This document shows, one piece after another, positions 11,200 through 24,200 of a stretch of DNA of 46,434 bases (position 1 is the stretch's first letter; every line of letters starts with the position of its first letter). The DNA is from Octopus bimaculoides (Eukaryota): the NCBI RefSeq assembly GCF_001194135.2, contig NC_069006.1, forward strand, positions 12,378,505 through 12,424,938. The letters are read 5' to 3'. A program made the translations under genes and the position numbers. The notes under the pieces are model-generated. The model saw only the letters and a list, made by a program, of their open reading frames with translations. It had not been told where the DNA came from and searched no databases.

Positions 11200-11470
11200 T
11201 GAAGGCATGTGGCATAGGGGTTAGGGTGTTGCACTCATGATTGCAAGATTATGGTTTCGATTCCCAGACCAGGTGGTGCATTGTGCTTTTGCGTAAAACA
11301 CTTTATTGCTGCTATATCATCACTTCATCTTCTGATGTATAGCACACCGTGCATCTGCACAGGCAATGTTGATTTGATCCCTTTCAACAATTTATCTCTA
11401 AAGGTTGGCAGGTTGTTCAGCAAGAAATTGTGGAACCCTCATCCATCATTTAGAGCAGGAGAGTTCACCA
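11200..11470 (+). mobile_element. tRNA-derived SINE family D
   Basis: A-box-like tggcatagggg and B-box gtttcgattcc. The body (caggcaatgttgattt..ggttgttcagcaag..gaaccctcat) is shared with 30605-30800. Confidence 0.7.
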
Positions 11471-11496
11471 TATATATATATATATATATATATATA

Positions 11497-11720
11497 CTTT
11501 ATTTAAAAGCAGCAGAAATATAACAAAAAAAACGTTACTCTGAGTTTCACGTTCCCGTTCATCGGTTCTAACAAAACTGTCCGATGAACGGGAACGTGAA
11601 ACTCAGAGTAACGGTTTTTTATTACATTTCTGCTACTTTTAAATAAAGCATATTACTCTACCTCTGGTATTTGAGTACTCTTTTTTCCACCTTGTTGCAC
11701 ATTTCATGTGCTTACTCTGG
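11497..11720. mobile_element. Penelope-like element remnant forming a fold-back
   Basis: Arms 11497-11565 and 11581-11648 are reverse complements with a 33-bp perfect core and a 15-nt loop. The structure carries a hammerhead motif. Confidence 0.7.
11573..11618 (+). ncRNA. Type-I hammerhead ribozyme motif (CCGAUGA core variant)
   Basis: Stem I aaaactgt/acggtttt; core CCGATGA; stem II acg-GGAA-cgt; GAAA at 11598-11601; stem III actc-a-gagt; GUA triplet with predicted cut after 11610. Confidence 0.7.
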
Positions 11721-12434
11721 TATATATATATATATATATATATATGCATATATATGCAAACATACATATATACATACACACACATACATACACACACACA
11801 TACATACATACATACATACATACATACATACAAACAAATACAGACATACACATCCTCATTTCTGTGTGCATATTTGCCTCTCCTTGTCTTGACATCGCAT
11901 GATAATTGTGTGTGTGTGTGTATACACACACACATACACCTATACATATATGTATATCTGTGTGTGTGTGTGTGTGGTACAAAGTGTAAATGATGATGTA
12001 AACACTGCATTTTATACAAATCAAGTGTTTACAAGCCATAATCTATGTTTCGCAGACAATTACATGGATAGACAGACAAATGGGATGGGCAGAGAGTGAG
12101 AGAAAGAAGACACAAAAGAGAATGTAAGAAGGAAAGAGATGCAAGATAGACGAATAAGCATTTCTTCTGTAAATGGCCTGAGTCAAAGACAGCTGAACAG
12201 TCAGATGGACTGGACATTGGCCTGCATTTATTTATTCTGTGTATCATAATATTAGAAGTAGGTATACCATATACCTACAGATCTTAAGAAGAAGCAACAA
12301 TTCAAGAGTTTGGCACCTGAAAAGTATCTGGTTGTGAAGTACTGTTTTAAAAAAACTGTCCAAAAGGGTGAAGTAGACAAAACACTGATGATAATGATGA
12401 CAATATATATACATACATAGGTGTATGTATATAG

Positions 12435-12492
<58 letters not shown>

Positions 12493-12618
12493 NNNNNNNN
12501 NNNNNNNNNNNNNNNNNNNNNNNNNNNNNNNNNNNNNNNNNNNNNNNNNNNNNNNNNNNNNNNNNNNNNNNNNNNNNNNNNNNNNNNNNNNNNNNNNNNN
12601 NNNNNNNNNNNNNNNNNN

Positions 12619-13005
12619 AGGAATGGCTGTGTGGTAAGTAGCTTGCTTACCAACTACATGGTTCCGGGTTCAGTCCCACTTCGCACTATGGCCCGAAGCT
12701 ATAGTCTTCTACTATAGCTTCGAGCCAACCAAAGCCTTGTGAGTGGATTTGGTAGACAGTAACAGAAAGAAGCCCATCGTATATATGTATATATATTTGT
12801 GTGTGTGTGTCTGTGTTTGTCCCCCCAACATCGCTTGACAACTGATGCTGGTGTATTTATGTCCCCGTAACTCAGCGGTTCGGCAAAAAGACACCGATAG
12901 AATAAGTACTAGGCTTACAAAGAATAAGTCCTGGGGTCGATTTGCTCGACTAAAGGTGGTGCTCCAGCATGACCACAGTCAAATGACTGAAACAAGTAAA
13001 AGAGA
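12619..13005 (+). mobile_element. SINE family A, near full length
   Basis: ggaatggctgtgtggtaag, B-box ggttcagtccc, 3' end tgactgaaacaagtaaaagag. Confidence 0.93.
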
Positions 13006-13060
13006 GTAACATGCATATTCAATATATATATATGTGTGCGTGTGTGTGTGTGTATATATA

Positions 13061-13935
13061 TGAGGGGAAGTCAAAAATTATTCTCACTTTCAGCATAACA
13101 TATCTTTATTATTGTCACACTGTCTTCTGCACGTGTGTGCTTACAGTTGGAACTATTGTGGTCATGCCATCAAAGTTTGTTCCTGATAGTGCCATTTTTC
13201 TTTCTGGCTTTACAATGTAAGCATGGCTGCTCCACTAGCAATGTGCACCAAAGAAGAACAAAGGGCAGAATAGTTAGAGGTGATGAAATGTGGGTCCATC
13301 ATTGGGGCAGAATCCAAAAGACAGAGTATGGAGTGGAAACATCCTGGCTTGCCAGCGATGAAGAAATTCAAGACTCAGTCTTCCATGGGAAAGGTGATGC
13401 TAACCCTTTTTTGGGACTCAGAAGCACCTATACTAGAAGACTACCTGGAAAAGGGAAAAAGGGACCAGCAGTGCAAGATACAGTGCTTTGCTGGCCAACA
13501 AACTGAAGCCAGCAATTCACACTAAATGTCAAAGCCTATTGTTGAAGAAAGTTTTGTTGTTGCATGACGATGCATGGCTACACATGGCCACCCAGACTGT
13601 TGAAACCATTAACTAATTGGGTTTTGAGGTACTGGAACACCCTGCCTGCAGCCCAGACCTCACCCCTTCTGACTATCATATTTTTGGACCGTTCAAAGAT
13701 GGTTTACGAGGTCATTGATTTCCTTCGGATGAAGATGTGAAGGAAATGGTGCATAAATGGTTGCATGACCAATCAAAAACCTTCTTGGAGGGAATACACA
13801 AGCTTGTGGACCGTTGGACCGGGTGCATTGAAAAGGAAGGAAACTACAAAGGAAAGTGACATACTTGTTTATTCCCTGCTTTTGTATAAATACATTGAGA
13901 AAACAAGAGTGCGTATAAATTTTGATTCCCCCTCA
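13061..13935 (+). mobile_element. Internally deleted mariner with both TIRs
   Basis: Left TA-TGAGGGGAAGTCAAAAATTAT; right ataaattttgattccccctca. ATG 13223 MAAPLAMCTKEEQRA joins directly to RIVRGDEMWVHH. Then SMEWKHP..KKFK..GKVMLTLFWD and LHDDAWLH..HPACSPDLTPSD (D34D). Confidence 0.93.
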
Positions 13936-14074
13936 TGTGTGTGTGTGTGTGTATTACACATGCACACACACAATATGTATGCATGTATACACACACATTC
14001 ATATTAGGAATAACATACACATAATCACATATATATATTAACACATACATACACATTTACACATGTAATACACA

Positions 14075-16099
<2,025 letters not shown>

Positions 16100-16110
<11 letters not shown>

Positions 16111-16377
16111 TATAAAATTATTTACTATATACATATATATATACATGACGTACATATACAAACTTGTACATAAACGCAGACATACACACACAAATATATA
16201 GGCATACAGATGAGTGTATATATATAAACATATATATACACACACAAACACTGTATAAAAAACCTGCACACTATATATATTATACACACACTACATGTAC
16301 ACTTACAAAATATATATATAAACATATACTACATATACACATGTGTGCACTACATATGCACCGTGTGTGTACACACG

Positions 16378-16408
<31 letters not shown>

Positions 16409-16660
16409 GCACACACACACACAAGTTGTAACTAGTGAGAGAAAGTGTATAAAAGTACTTCACACTATGGTAGCCTGTAATAATTTTCAGCTGAATCAGT
16501 TGCTACAGAGATTCCCATGAGGGAAATCCATAGCAACACCTCCAACTGATTTAGTTGAAACAAACTATATTTATACATGTGTGTGTGTGTGTGTGTCTGT
16601 ACATGTGTATGTATACACATATATGTGTGCATGTATGTATGTATGTTCATACATATATAA
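16100..16660. repeat. Degenerate (AT/AC)n low complexity with a unique island at 16423-16562
   Basis: Mixed dinucleotide runs. Confidence 0.85.
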
Positions 16661-17450
16661 TGTATTTTGCATTAGCTGCATACTCATATAAAGATGTAGA
16701 TATCCAAGCAAATGCAGAAGTTCCTTACACAACAAGAGGTGCAGATTGACATCAGAAAAGATGCAATGAGCTGCAGAACAGTATGCATAATAAAGTAAAT
16801 ATATTGGTGCACACTGGAAATGTACTGGAGTGTATGACTGCTCATCTTGCTGCATAATTGAGTTGTGAACACCAGGACACATGCATTTGCATATCTAGCA
16901 GTTAAAGTTGCATCATGATGGCTGTGTGCAGTGATGCACTGGGGTACAGTGAGAAAGGTTGCAAGAAAATTCACAATGCAATGTTGCAGAGGGGTGAATA
17001 TTGTTATGATGTAAATAGTTGTGATGTCTGATTATAAACAGTTGAATGCATTTTGAAGTGCACACAGTTGGCACCATGAAGAGATGCAAGTTGTCCGAGG
17101 GAAATGTGCATGCTCATGTCCTTCTGAATAAGAAGAGCAGGAGAGTGCAGAGACCTGTGCACATTGAAGCATGCACAACAGGTGCTCAGTGGAGTGCGAG
17201 AAAACACTCTTGTCTGTAGATCTTTGTGCATAGCAGTATGTAAAACACATGCAGTTAATTAGTTGCATTATGCTGTATGGTGCACCATCAGGTGCATATT
17301 AAGTCCACAACATAGCTGCACACTAAAGTGCAAGAATCAATGATTGTAGAAGCAGCTGCAATTGTGAAATGCAGTAAACTGTGCATACTTAAGCAGGTGC
17401 ACATGTGGGTGCAGATTAAAGGTGCACAGAAAGTGCAGAAGCCAAATTCA
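16660..17450 (+). pseudogene. Possible decayed Cys-rich (CxxxC-repeat) coding sequence; TGCA-rich tract
   Basis: About 38 TGCA and only about 2 CpG by eye. Frame 1 gives CILKC, CRDLC, CRSLCIAVC, CTIRC, SCTLKC, CTCGC, with many stops. Confidence 0.35.
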
Positions 17451-17559
17451 TGCTTGGCCATGATGATTCTGTGGATTGGCCTAACATTATATTGATGATG
17501 ATGATGGCAAGAAGAAGAGCAAAAGGAAGAGGAGGGGTAGGAGGCAGGGTGTTTGATAT

Positions 17560-17770
17560 TGTTTCACCCCATGTCAGCTCTGACCCAGCAGACCTTTGAT
17601 CAGACATTCCAGATGTGCCATCCCAGATGAGATGTTTTTTTTCTTCATTTCTATTTTACTGATATCCTAGATCAACATTATCCTACCTGTCCTTCCCTTA
17701 TGAGTGTGATTTAAAAGAAATTTAGCTGCTGTTTCTAGCTGGTCTAGCAACCATATAGAAACTAGAAGCT
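17560..17770 (-). mobile_element. Repeat family C
   Basis: gcagacctttgatcagacattccag..gtgtgatttaaaagaaatttagctgctgtttctagctggtc. Confidence 0.7.
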
Positions 17771-18184
17771 CCCTATTTGGTGATGTGAATGATGATCGTG
17801 AGGAGAGAGAGGAATATAATGGTGGCAGTTATTATAATGAATGTAAGGATGAGGGGTAGTCTGAGAATGTAATGGTGGAGGAGGAGCTTGGAAGAGGGAG
17901 GTGGAGGAGCTTGGAAGAGGCAGAGGAGGGAGTGACAATGACAATGATGATGATTCTTTTTTTTTTTTCTTTTTTTCTAAAGTATGTATGGAAGGAAGGA
18001 AGTGTTTCAATATCAATAATGCTGGCCTGGACACACAGACAGAATAAACAGCAACAATAATCTAGAAAATGCCCAGAAAAAGGAACAACAATATAAACCG
18101 ACAACATTATCCACCACCACCATAATCTAACACCATCATCATCATCATCATCATCATCATCACATGCATGTAACAATATGTCAC

Positions 18185-18720
18185 AAGCTTCTTATGCGGT
18201 CATTTGACGTGCTCACAAGAAATAGCAGTTGAATTGCTCTCAAATTACATCCTTTCTCCACCTCTTCCTCCTTCTACAAAAAGGACACATGACACAATGG
18301 AGTCCTGGATATTCACACAGCCTGATAAAAAAAAAAAATTGGAAGAAACAAAAAAAAAAANNNNNNNNNNAAAAAAAAAAAAAAAACACAATCGACAGGC
18401 AGGACAGTCATGTATGGAACGACTGTAATGATAAGTCTTGCCCAATCACGGCTGACCTGTGGCTAAACAACACCATTAACAACAATTGTCCTGGTGGTCA
18501 ACATCCACCACCACTGTTGACCACTTTCACAGTGCAACCAGGTCCAATTGTGGTCTTCCAGCCTGGTAGGAAATAGCAACCAAATCTCCCTCAATTTACA
18601 TCCTACTGTCTACAAAAACCAAAAAAAAAAAAAAAAATGGGGGATGGATGGGTGGGGTGACACATGTAGTCCTAGATACAGCCACATGCGAAGAAGGACA
18701 GAAGTGGGGAGGAGGGAGGG
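18185..18720 (+). mobile_element. Repeat family C, two copies
   Basis: aaatagca...aat..ctcaa.ttacatcct at about 18220 and 18571. The 3' end gctgacctgtggctaaacaac is at 18453-18472. Confidence 0.7.
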
Positions 18721-19379
18721 ACAAAGGTCACTAATGGAATATCGTTAATCATATATCTGGTCAGTTGGTCAGAGTACACCTGATGTGTGTGTGTAGAGGG
18801 GAGGGGCATCTACAACACCATATTGTTGTCAATATCACTTCTTGGAAAGACATGACAGCCACTAATTTCACAATATCATCTCCTTACTCCATAAATATGA
18901 AAATATATAACTACTGTATAATAATAATANNNNNNNNNNNNNNNNNNNNNNNNNNNNNNNNNNNNNNNNNNNNNNNNNNNNNNNNNNNNNNNNNNNNNNN
19001 NNNNNNNNNNNNNNNNNNNNNNNNNNNNNNNNNNNNNNNNNNNNNNNNNNNNNNNNNNNNNNNNNNNNNNNNNNNNNNNNNNNNNNNNNNNNNNNNNNNN
19101 NNNNNNNNNNNNNNNNNNNNNNNNNNNNNNNNNNNNNNNNNNNNNNNNNNNNNNNNNNNNNNNNNNNNNNNNNNNNNAAAAAAAAAAAAAAAAAAAAAGC
19201 ATTCCATCCGTGACCATCCAGTATTTCTAACAAGTATATAATATAGATGACATTATCCCATGTTTCCTTTTATTAAAGCAACAGATGTTGATTTGAGGAG
19301 AGGGCGCAGAGTCGGATGCTATATATTGCAGGGCGAATGGCCACAACAGAGAGCCTTCTTCACAGCTGTCATTACTGGT

Positions 19380-19490
19380 GGTGTTGTTCTTGTTGTTGTT
19401 GTTGTCTAGCTCCTTCCGTGAAGGTTCTAACTGAACAGACCTATGATCAAACAGCCATTCCAGTAAATGGCCATCTCGTCGTTTTCGCAT
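19380..19490 (-). mobile_element. Repeat family C 3' end with (CAA)n tail
   Basis: (GTT)n-gtctagc..gaacagacctatgatcaaa..cattccag..ggccatctcgtc is the reverse complement of the family C 3' end. Confidence 0.65.
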
Positions 19491-19833
19491 GTCTTAGCAA
19501 CAGAATACAACCTGGGACAATAAGAAGACAGTCGAAGGTGAAAGAGAGGTGGGGGAGACCTGGCTGTCATTTGCATCTTTGCTGAGAGACTGAGTAGTAG
19601 TAGTAGTAGTAGTAGAGCTGCTTTGTTTGCTCTGTGGTGGTGGGCGAGGGCAGAAAGAGACAAAAGTGACAGATTTGACGGGATACAGATTATAAGAAAG
19701 GGGAGGATGTAGAGTAATTAACCTCGTCGACCATTAAAGATATATTGATAGATTAAAATAGATATTAAAATCGATACATAGTATTAATTGAATTGTGAAT
19801 TAAGAGTGATTTCAGAGAGAGAAAGTTGGAGAC

Positions 19834-19879
<46 letters not shown>

Positions 19880-20413
19880 GAGGGTGAGAGAGAGAGAGGA
19901 AATTGAAAGTGTGTCATGCTTGGAATGAAAGGCGTGTTNNNNNNNNNNNNNNNNNNNNNNNNNNNNNNNNNNNNNNNNNNNNNNNNNNNNNNNNNNNNNN
20001 NNNNNNNNNNNNNNNNNNNNNNNNNNNNNNNNNNNNNNNNNNNNNNNNNNNNNNNNNNNNNNNNNNNNNNNNNNNNNNNNNNNNNNNNNNNNNNNNNNNN
20101 NNNNNNNNNNNNNNNNNNNNNNNNNNNNNNNNNNNNNNNNNNNNNNNNNNNNNNNNNNNNNNNNNNNNNNNNNNNNNNNNNNNNNNNNNNNNNNNNNNNN
20201 NNNNNNNNNNNNNNNNNNNNNNNNNNNNNNNNNNNNNNNNNNNNNNNNNNNNNNNNNNNNNNNNNNNNNNNNNNNNNNNNNNNNNNNNNNNNNNNNNNNN
20301 NNNNNNNNNNNNNNNNNNNNNNNNNNNNNNNNNNNNNNNNNNNNNNNNNNNNNNNNNNNNNNNNNNNNNNNNNNNNNNNNNNNNNNNNNNNNNNNNNNNN
20401 NNNNNNNNNNNNN

Positions 20414-20555
20414 AAAAAAAAATCTTTTTTATTTCTTCGTTATTATTAGCGCTTTTGTTCCTTTCGAACTTGTCAAATAAAATTTTATTTGACAAGTTCG
20501 AGAAAGGAACGGAAGCGCTAATAATAAATAATGAAGAAATAAAAAGAATTTTTTT
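20414..20555. repeat. Spacer-less AT-rich palindrome (about 70-bp arms)
   Basis: Perfect 38-bp palindrome at 20464-20501; arms extend imperfectly to both sides. Confidence 0.9.
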
Positions 20556-20719
20556 CCAAAATTCTGACGACTTTTCTCTCTTCTCTCTCTTTATATATAT
20601 ATATATATATATATATAATTGCAGCGTGGAAGGTGTTTATAAGCCAATCACACTGAAAGGACACACATACACAGAAACCAAGAGGTACAGTTTACATTAC
20701 ACACAATAGGTAAGACACA

Positions 20720-22330
20720 AAACAAACTCAAGAACACATTAACAGACACACACAATGCATATATAGACAATCATGCACTCTTCTTTATACATAGGCATAC
20801 ACACACACACACAGGTAAATATATGCAAGGAGACGTTCTGTGAAATACAGAGAAAGATTTTCATACACACAATGGACATGCTCTATCAAATACAAGGATA
20901 CGCTTTGTCAACTACATACACACAAAGACACAAATAGACACACATAACCTACACACAGAAGCATATACATGCACACACACAAAAGCTGACAGATATACAC
21001 ACGCACACAGAACCAATAGGTGAGGTTTCACTTCTTTGTTAATGTGAAACATGGTTATGAGGAGCAAATTAGTGAAATTAAATAAAACATGAAATACATA
21101 AATGTGAGAAAATATTGTTTAAGGAAGTTAAATTGTAGAAAACAGGCATTTTGTGAGAATTATTGAAATGCAAGGAACAATGGTAGAATAACACAGCATT
21201 TTGAGTGTGTGAGTGTGTGTATTCAATAAGTATGTAATATGAATAAATATAACATATACATATATACACACACAAACATATATGTGTCTACATGGTACAT
21301 TTTTCATTCATACATACACCCTTCACACGCACTGTGGTTATATATTCCATTGAAACAGTTCTCACAACCCACACAATTTCCAATATCTACAAACACTACA
21401 ACCCATACACACGTTATATATACACACAACACCCCATACACAATATTATATACACTACAGCCCATACACACACTATTTACAAAGTCTCTACACGATACAT
21501 CAATAATAAACACACTGTAATATAATAGCATAAACAATTATTCTACACACTATTTTATACACAACACCAAATCGTTTAGCCGTTTCAAAAACTGTTTCTC
21601 AAAGAGACAGGCGACAGTTTGGTGTGTTGTGGTGCAAGTTGTATGTAGTGGTACGGGTTGTAGTATACAGTAGTGTGTGTTATAATAATGTGGAGATGGT
21701 AGTGTACTGCGGTGTGTAACGGAGGTTGTGATGTATATAAATGTGTAGTGTAATATAGCTGTGGTGGTGGTATATAGCGGTGCGTTGTAGTGTATAATGG
21801 TATGTTACAGCGGTAGTATATGCTGTTGCGATGTTGTATGTAGTAGTCTGTGTTCTGGTAATGTGACGGTGGTAGTATAGAGTGGTACATTGCAGTGTGG
21901 TTGTGTTTTAGTGGTAGTATATGATGATGTGTTATGTTGGTCATGATATTGTGTAGTGGTGCTTTAGGAAAATGTGTTGGTGGTAGTGTAGAGTGGTGTG
22001 TTGTGCTGGTGTATGTATGTGCTATGGTAATGTGGTGTGTTGTGGTGGTGTATGTATGTGCTATGGTAATGTGGTATGTGTGGTAGTGGTACACTGAAGT
22101 GTACTGTGATGTTGTTGTGCTAGTATGTAGTGGTAGGGGTGGTATGTGTACGTTATAGTGGCATTGTGTTGTGACACGGTGTTACAGTGTTGTATGTAGT
22201 AGTAGTAGTTTGTGTTATAGTAGTATGGTGGTAGTTGTGCACAATAGTATGTTGTGGTAGTAGTGTGTGTTGTTTGTGTGTGTGTGTGTGCACGTACGTT
22301 ACGGTGTGTTATGGTGGTACCATGTTTATG
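20720..22330. repeat. CA-rich then GT-rich degenerate low-complexity domains
   Basis: 20720-21570 is ACAC/ATAC-rich and 21620-22330 is GTAGT/GTGT-rich; these explain the Thr/His/Val-rich ORFs. Confidence 0.8.
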
Positions 22331-23981
22331 TTACGATGCTAATGTAATGTGTGTGATCGAGATCGGTGCTGCTCTGGCGAGTTAGTAATACATCTCTATG
22401 AATATAAAAGTGTAACTGAGGCATTCATCCTGTTCTCACAATAAAAACACAGCACTAATCTCTCTTCTTCCCCCCCCCTCTCTATCTTTCACTGATACAA
22501 CCACGAAACAAAACAAAAATGATGGGAATTGTGTTAATAATAATAATAAACCAAGGTGATGTTTACGGTTAAATGTGTCTAGCCTTCTTTCTATCACCAC
22601 CAGAGATGATGAAAACGACACCAGCATCATCATTAACATCATCATCTCTTNNNNNNNNNNNNNNNNNNNNNNNNNNNNNNNNNNNNNNNNNNNNNNNNNN
22701 NNNNNNNNNNNNNNNNNNNNNNNNNNNNNNNNNNNNNNNNNNNNNNNNNNNNNNNNNNNNNNNNNNNNNNNNNNNNNNNNNNNNNNNNNNNNNNNNNNNN
22801 NNNNNNNNNNNNNNNNNNNNNNNNNNNNNNNNNNNNNNNNNNNNNNNNNNNNNNNNNNNNNNNNNNNNNNNNNNNNNNNNNNNNNNNNNNNNNNNNNNNN
22901 NNNNNNNNNNNNNNNNNNNNNNNNNNNNNNNNNNNNNNNNNNNNNNNNNNNNNNNNNNNNNNNNNNNNNNNNTATATAATGTATATGTGATTTCTTTTTC
23001 TTCTCTTTCTTTCTTTCTTTCGTTCAGTCCTCTTCTTTTACCACAGAAACACTTGTTTGTAGCGCCATGTTCACTGTGGTTTAATCACGCACCTACACAC
23101 ACACACACAGATACTCACACATACGTATGTGTTGTATATATATATATATATATACATATATATATAAACACATACGTTTACATATGCGTATTCACACTCG
23201 AACCTAGTACGCTGTAAGATGATAGCGACAGCTTACACAAATAGACATACACATATACACACATATTGTTACGCAATATGACAACTGTGAGCGCACATAC
23301 ACACACACATGCACGCACCTATCACAATGTTAGACGAAGTAACAGACATATACATATATACATACATAGACAGATACACACGAGCTGTTACGCTAAACGG
23401 CAACTACACACACACACGCGCACGCGCGTCAGCGCGCACGAATGAGCAAACGAGGAAGATTGTTCGGTCGTTAGACCGGCTAGAAATAACAGCAAAATCT
23501 TTTTCAACTCACAGTTAATAGTATTTGAAAAAGAGCACAATCTAGTGTTGATGCGCCTGGAAAAAATAAAGACAAAGCGAAACAACAATAGCAATGTGAA
23601 AACGATAGCGGCATATAAACTAATGTATATATTTATATATGTTTGTATGTATGTATGTATGTATGTATGAAGCACACACTGCCACATTACTGCATAAATA
23701 CACATAAATGTATTCACACAAAACGACGTAGGTATACACAATTCTACACTAATGTATTACGCTGTCAAGATGTGCACACTTAATAAAAATACCTACCAAG
23801 ATGAAATACAACACACACAGACATACATCTACAGTGACTGGCCTGCAAAGCCAAATCAAGGCCGTTATTAATTATATGTTGAAATATTACAGTATTATCA
23901 CGGACCATAAAACTCATTGAATGAGGACGGCTGTTTTCATTGCTGTATTTATTAAGCAACTCACAGGCCACTATGACACAG

Positions 23982-24021
<40 letters not shown>

Positions 24022-24024
24022 TAC

Positions 24025-24200
24025 TATCATCATTCTCAATGTCTGTTTTCCATGTTGGCACAGGTTGGACGGTTTGACAGGATCCAGCGAGCCACAGAGC
24101 CACAGGGCAGCAATGAGCTTCAATGTTTGCCTTGGCTTCTATGGATCGGTGCCCTTCCTAATGCCAAATACTTTACAATGGGTATTCGGTGCATCTTGTG
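24025..24200 (-). mobile_element. RTE-type 3' end
   Basis: atcatcattctcaatgtctgttttccatgttggcacaggttggacggtttgacagg..gtgcccttcctaatgccaa. Confidence 0.75.

Noticed and set aside
17491-17556. Basic peptide DDDDGKKKSKRKRRGRRQG suggesting a protamine-like exon
   Set aside because: In-frame stops lie just upstream and the sequence is explained by (GAT)n plus a purine-rich tract.
19227-19490. 87-aa minus ORF MRKRRDGHLLEWLFDH..DNNNN preceded by a good-looking acceptor
   Set aside because: Its first 35 codons are the 3' end and (CAA)n tail of repeat family C (compare 18410-18480), so the ATG and poly-Asn are repeat-derived.
20636-20672. ataattgcagcgtggaaggtgtttataagcc after (TA)n, recalled as a Penelope-type terminus
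   Set aside because: Only about 35 bp, with no second copy or ribozyme core in the window to support it.
23415-23445. CpG-dense run cgcgcacgcgcgtcagcgcgcacg as a CpG island or promoter
   Set aside because: It is under 40 bp, continuous with a (CA)n tract and followed by a family C repeat.
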